10,050 nt of DNA from a bacterium (GTDB taxonomy: Bacteria > Zhuqueibacterota > Zhuqueibacteria > Oceanimicrobiales > Oceanimicrobiaceae): assembly GCA_046757165.1 (NCBI GenBank), contig JBHHXT010000182.1:1-10050 (forward strand), given 5' to 3'. The translations under genes were made by a program, and so were the position numbers. The notes under the pieces are model-generated. The model was not told where the DNA came from, searched no databases, and saw only the letters and a program-made list of their open reading frames with translations. Shown piece after piece: positions 7,073 through 10,050 of this stretch (position 1 is its first letter; each line of letters opens with the position of its first letter).

Positions 7073-8296
7073 CTATTTGGAGCAACGGATACCAAGAATC
7101 GTCACATCATCCCAGGCGTGGCCGGGTTTGCTGAACTTTTTGGCCGCCCGCACGAGATGGTTGAGAATGGCCTCGTTTGGCCGGCATGCAACCTGTGCGA
7201 GTGTGGCGACCATCTGGTCGTCGAAATGTTGGTCCGCTTCGTTGCTGACTTCGCTCAGGCCATCGGTATAGAGGATGAGCGTGTCCCCCTGTTGCAATTG
7301 TATGGACACTTCCTCGCCGGGCTTGTAAACCTCGGTGCTGGCGATTCCCAGCAGCAAGCCATTGGCCGGAATCCGTGCCACGGTTCCGGACCGCCCTTTG
7401 ACCAGAAACGGATGCGGAACGCCGCCATTGACCAGACAGCACCTCGCTGTTTGCGGATCGACGACCAGCACCAGTCCGGCGACGTAGATATGCCTGGGCA
7501 GGATCTTGAACAAGAGTTTGTTGATGTCGGCCAGGATTTCACCCGGGCCAAGGTCACACCCTTTCAATTCCAGGAAGGCGGACTTCAGGAGCACGGTGAT
7601 CAATGCCGCCTGAATTCCGTGTCCGGTAACATCGGCGATCAGGAGCGCAAATTTGCCGCCAGCGAGCGGCACGACATCGTAGAAGTCGCCGCCGATCGCC
7701 AGCGCCGGCTCATACTTCGCGCTGATCGAGATTTGAGATGAATTGGGAAAGCACGTCGGCAGCAGGCCTTGTTGGACGTTCTGGGCCAGCAGGAGCTCCT
7801 CCCTCAGCATTTCATTGTCCTCGAAAAGCCTGTCGCGTTCGAGCAGCACGGCGTCCAATTCGTTTATTTTCAGGCGCAGATTCTCTTTCAAAGTCTTGCT
7901 GTCGATGGCATTGCGGATGATCAATTTCAGATGCTCGTTGTCCCAGGGCTTTTCGACATACTGATAGAGAGAAACCTTGTTGATCGCTTTGATCGCGCTT
8001 TCCTTATCTGCATAACCTGTCAGCAGAATGCTCGCCAGGTCGGGATACAATGCCTGGGCTTGCGACAGGAATTGCAGACCGTCCATCTCCGGCATGAGAA
8101 AGTCCGTGATGACCAGGTCCACGGCGTTCTGGCGCAGCCGTTCCAGCGCCTCTTTTGGCGACTGGTAGGCCAGGATCTCGTAATCCGTTTCGATACTAAG
8201 ATATGCCGAGAGCGTTTTTGTCACGATTTCTTCGTCGTCGACAATCATGATGACAGGCACATCCGAGCCTGTGCGGTCTTGAGAGCTTGCGATCAT
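7073..8296 (-). CDS. response regulator receiver-PP2C (SpoIIE/RsbU-type) serine phosphatase fusion
   Basis: REC domain: IVDDE, ITDFLMPEMDG, LTGY, KPW. Coiled-coil linker. PP2C domain: GGDFYD, ADVTGHG, YTDGL, DDVT. No clear RBS, so the start is uncertain. Confidence 0.9.
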   Translation of the reverse strand: MIASSQDRTGSDVPVIMIVDDEEIVTKTLSAYLSIETDYEILAYQSPKEALERLRQNAVDLVITDFLMPEMDGLQFLSQAQALYPDLASILLTGYADKESAIKAINKVSLYQYVEKPWDNEHLKLIIRNAIDSKTLKENLRLKINELDAVLLERDRLFEDNEMLREELLLAQNVQQGLLPTCFPNSSQISISAKYEPALAIGGDFYDVVPLAGGKFALLIADVTGHGIQAALITVLLKSAFLELKGCDLGPGEILADINKLLFKILPRHIYVAGLVLVVDPQTARCCLVNGGVPHPFLVKGRSGTVARIPANGLLLGIASTEVYKPGEEVSIQLQQGDTLILYTDGLSEVSNEADQHFDDQMVATLAQVACRPNEAILNHLVRAAKKFSKPGHAWDDVTILGIRCSK

Positions 8297-8423
8297 AACT
8301 GTAAATAATGAAAGTGGTTAATCAGTTTAGACAGGTCGTTTCACACTGCCACCCCTCTCCTTCTTCGACGCCGCTCCGGGTGAAGCAAATTGTTGCCAGG
8401 TGAGGACTTCCAGAGTTTAAAAT

Positions 8424-8452
8424 AAGGTATGAAAAAAATACCGTTAAAGCAA
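8424..8452 (-). promoter_or_regulatory. possible sigma70-type promoter for REC-PP2C/Uma2
   Basis: Minus strand TTGCTT (8452-8447), 17 nt, TACCTT (8429-8424), in AT-rich context. Confidence 0.4.
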
Positions 8453-8473
8453 GGGAAAACTCAAGCTTCAATC

Positions 8474-8577
8474 GTAACTACTCAGGTATTTTTGCAGTAT
8501 CACAGACCGGATATGTTGCAAAAATACGTTCCTGGCGGAACTGATTCTTGCACTCCGGCTTTGGCCTGAATAGTGAC
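8474..8577. mobile_element. 104-bp MITE with 13-bp TIRs and 8-bp target-site duplication
   Basis: GTAACTACTCAGG ... CCTGAATAGTGAC (11/13 complementary), flanked by CTTCAATC at 8466-8473 and 8578-8585. Confidence 0.85.
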
Positions 8578-8639
8578 CTTCAATCTTATGTAAATATTAT
8601 GATTTTAAAGATCTCTAACAGGACTCTACTGGTTTGCAG

Positions 8640-8688
8640 CCGTGTTTTACGCACAAATCCGGGAAGTATACACAGTTGCAAACTGTGT
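8640..8688. repeat. 49-bp dispersed repeat with hairpin, copy 2
   Basis: 46/49 identical to 4312-4360. The hairpin begins 3 nt after the eno stop codon on the minus strand. Confidence 0.9.
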
Positions 8689-8691
8689 GGG

Positions 8692-10002
<1,311 letters not shown>

Positions 10003-10050
10003 TTAGTACCTGACCAATTATCTTCTGCCACTTTTTGGCAAGACTTTTTA

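Overview
GC-rich bacterial chromosomal window with mostly ordinary genes. On +: MazG-like pyrophosphohydrolase, an addiction-module antitoxin, a TAXI-TRAP transporter pair, a DUF2333 protein and a SixA-like phosphatase. On -: enolase, a REC-PP2C(SpoIIE) phosphatase and a Uma2-family nuclease. The intergenic DNA is the interesting part. Positions 644-1243 look like a solitary, decayed integron gene cassette: a GTTAGGT core site, a low-GC antitoxin followed by only a stub of its toxin, and an attC site that becomes canonical once a 148-bp MITE-like insertion is removed. No integrase is present in the window. Also seen are an internally deleted four-helix-bundle gene inside inverted repeats (459-564), a 104-bp MITE with an 8-bp target duplication (8474-8577), a 49-bp hairpin repeat present twice (4312 and 8640) and a nested REPIN-like palindrome (4455-4680). 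All family assignments are from motif recognition, not database searches.
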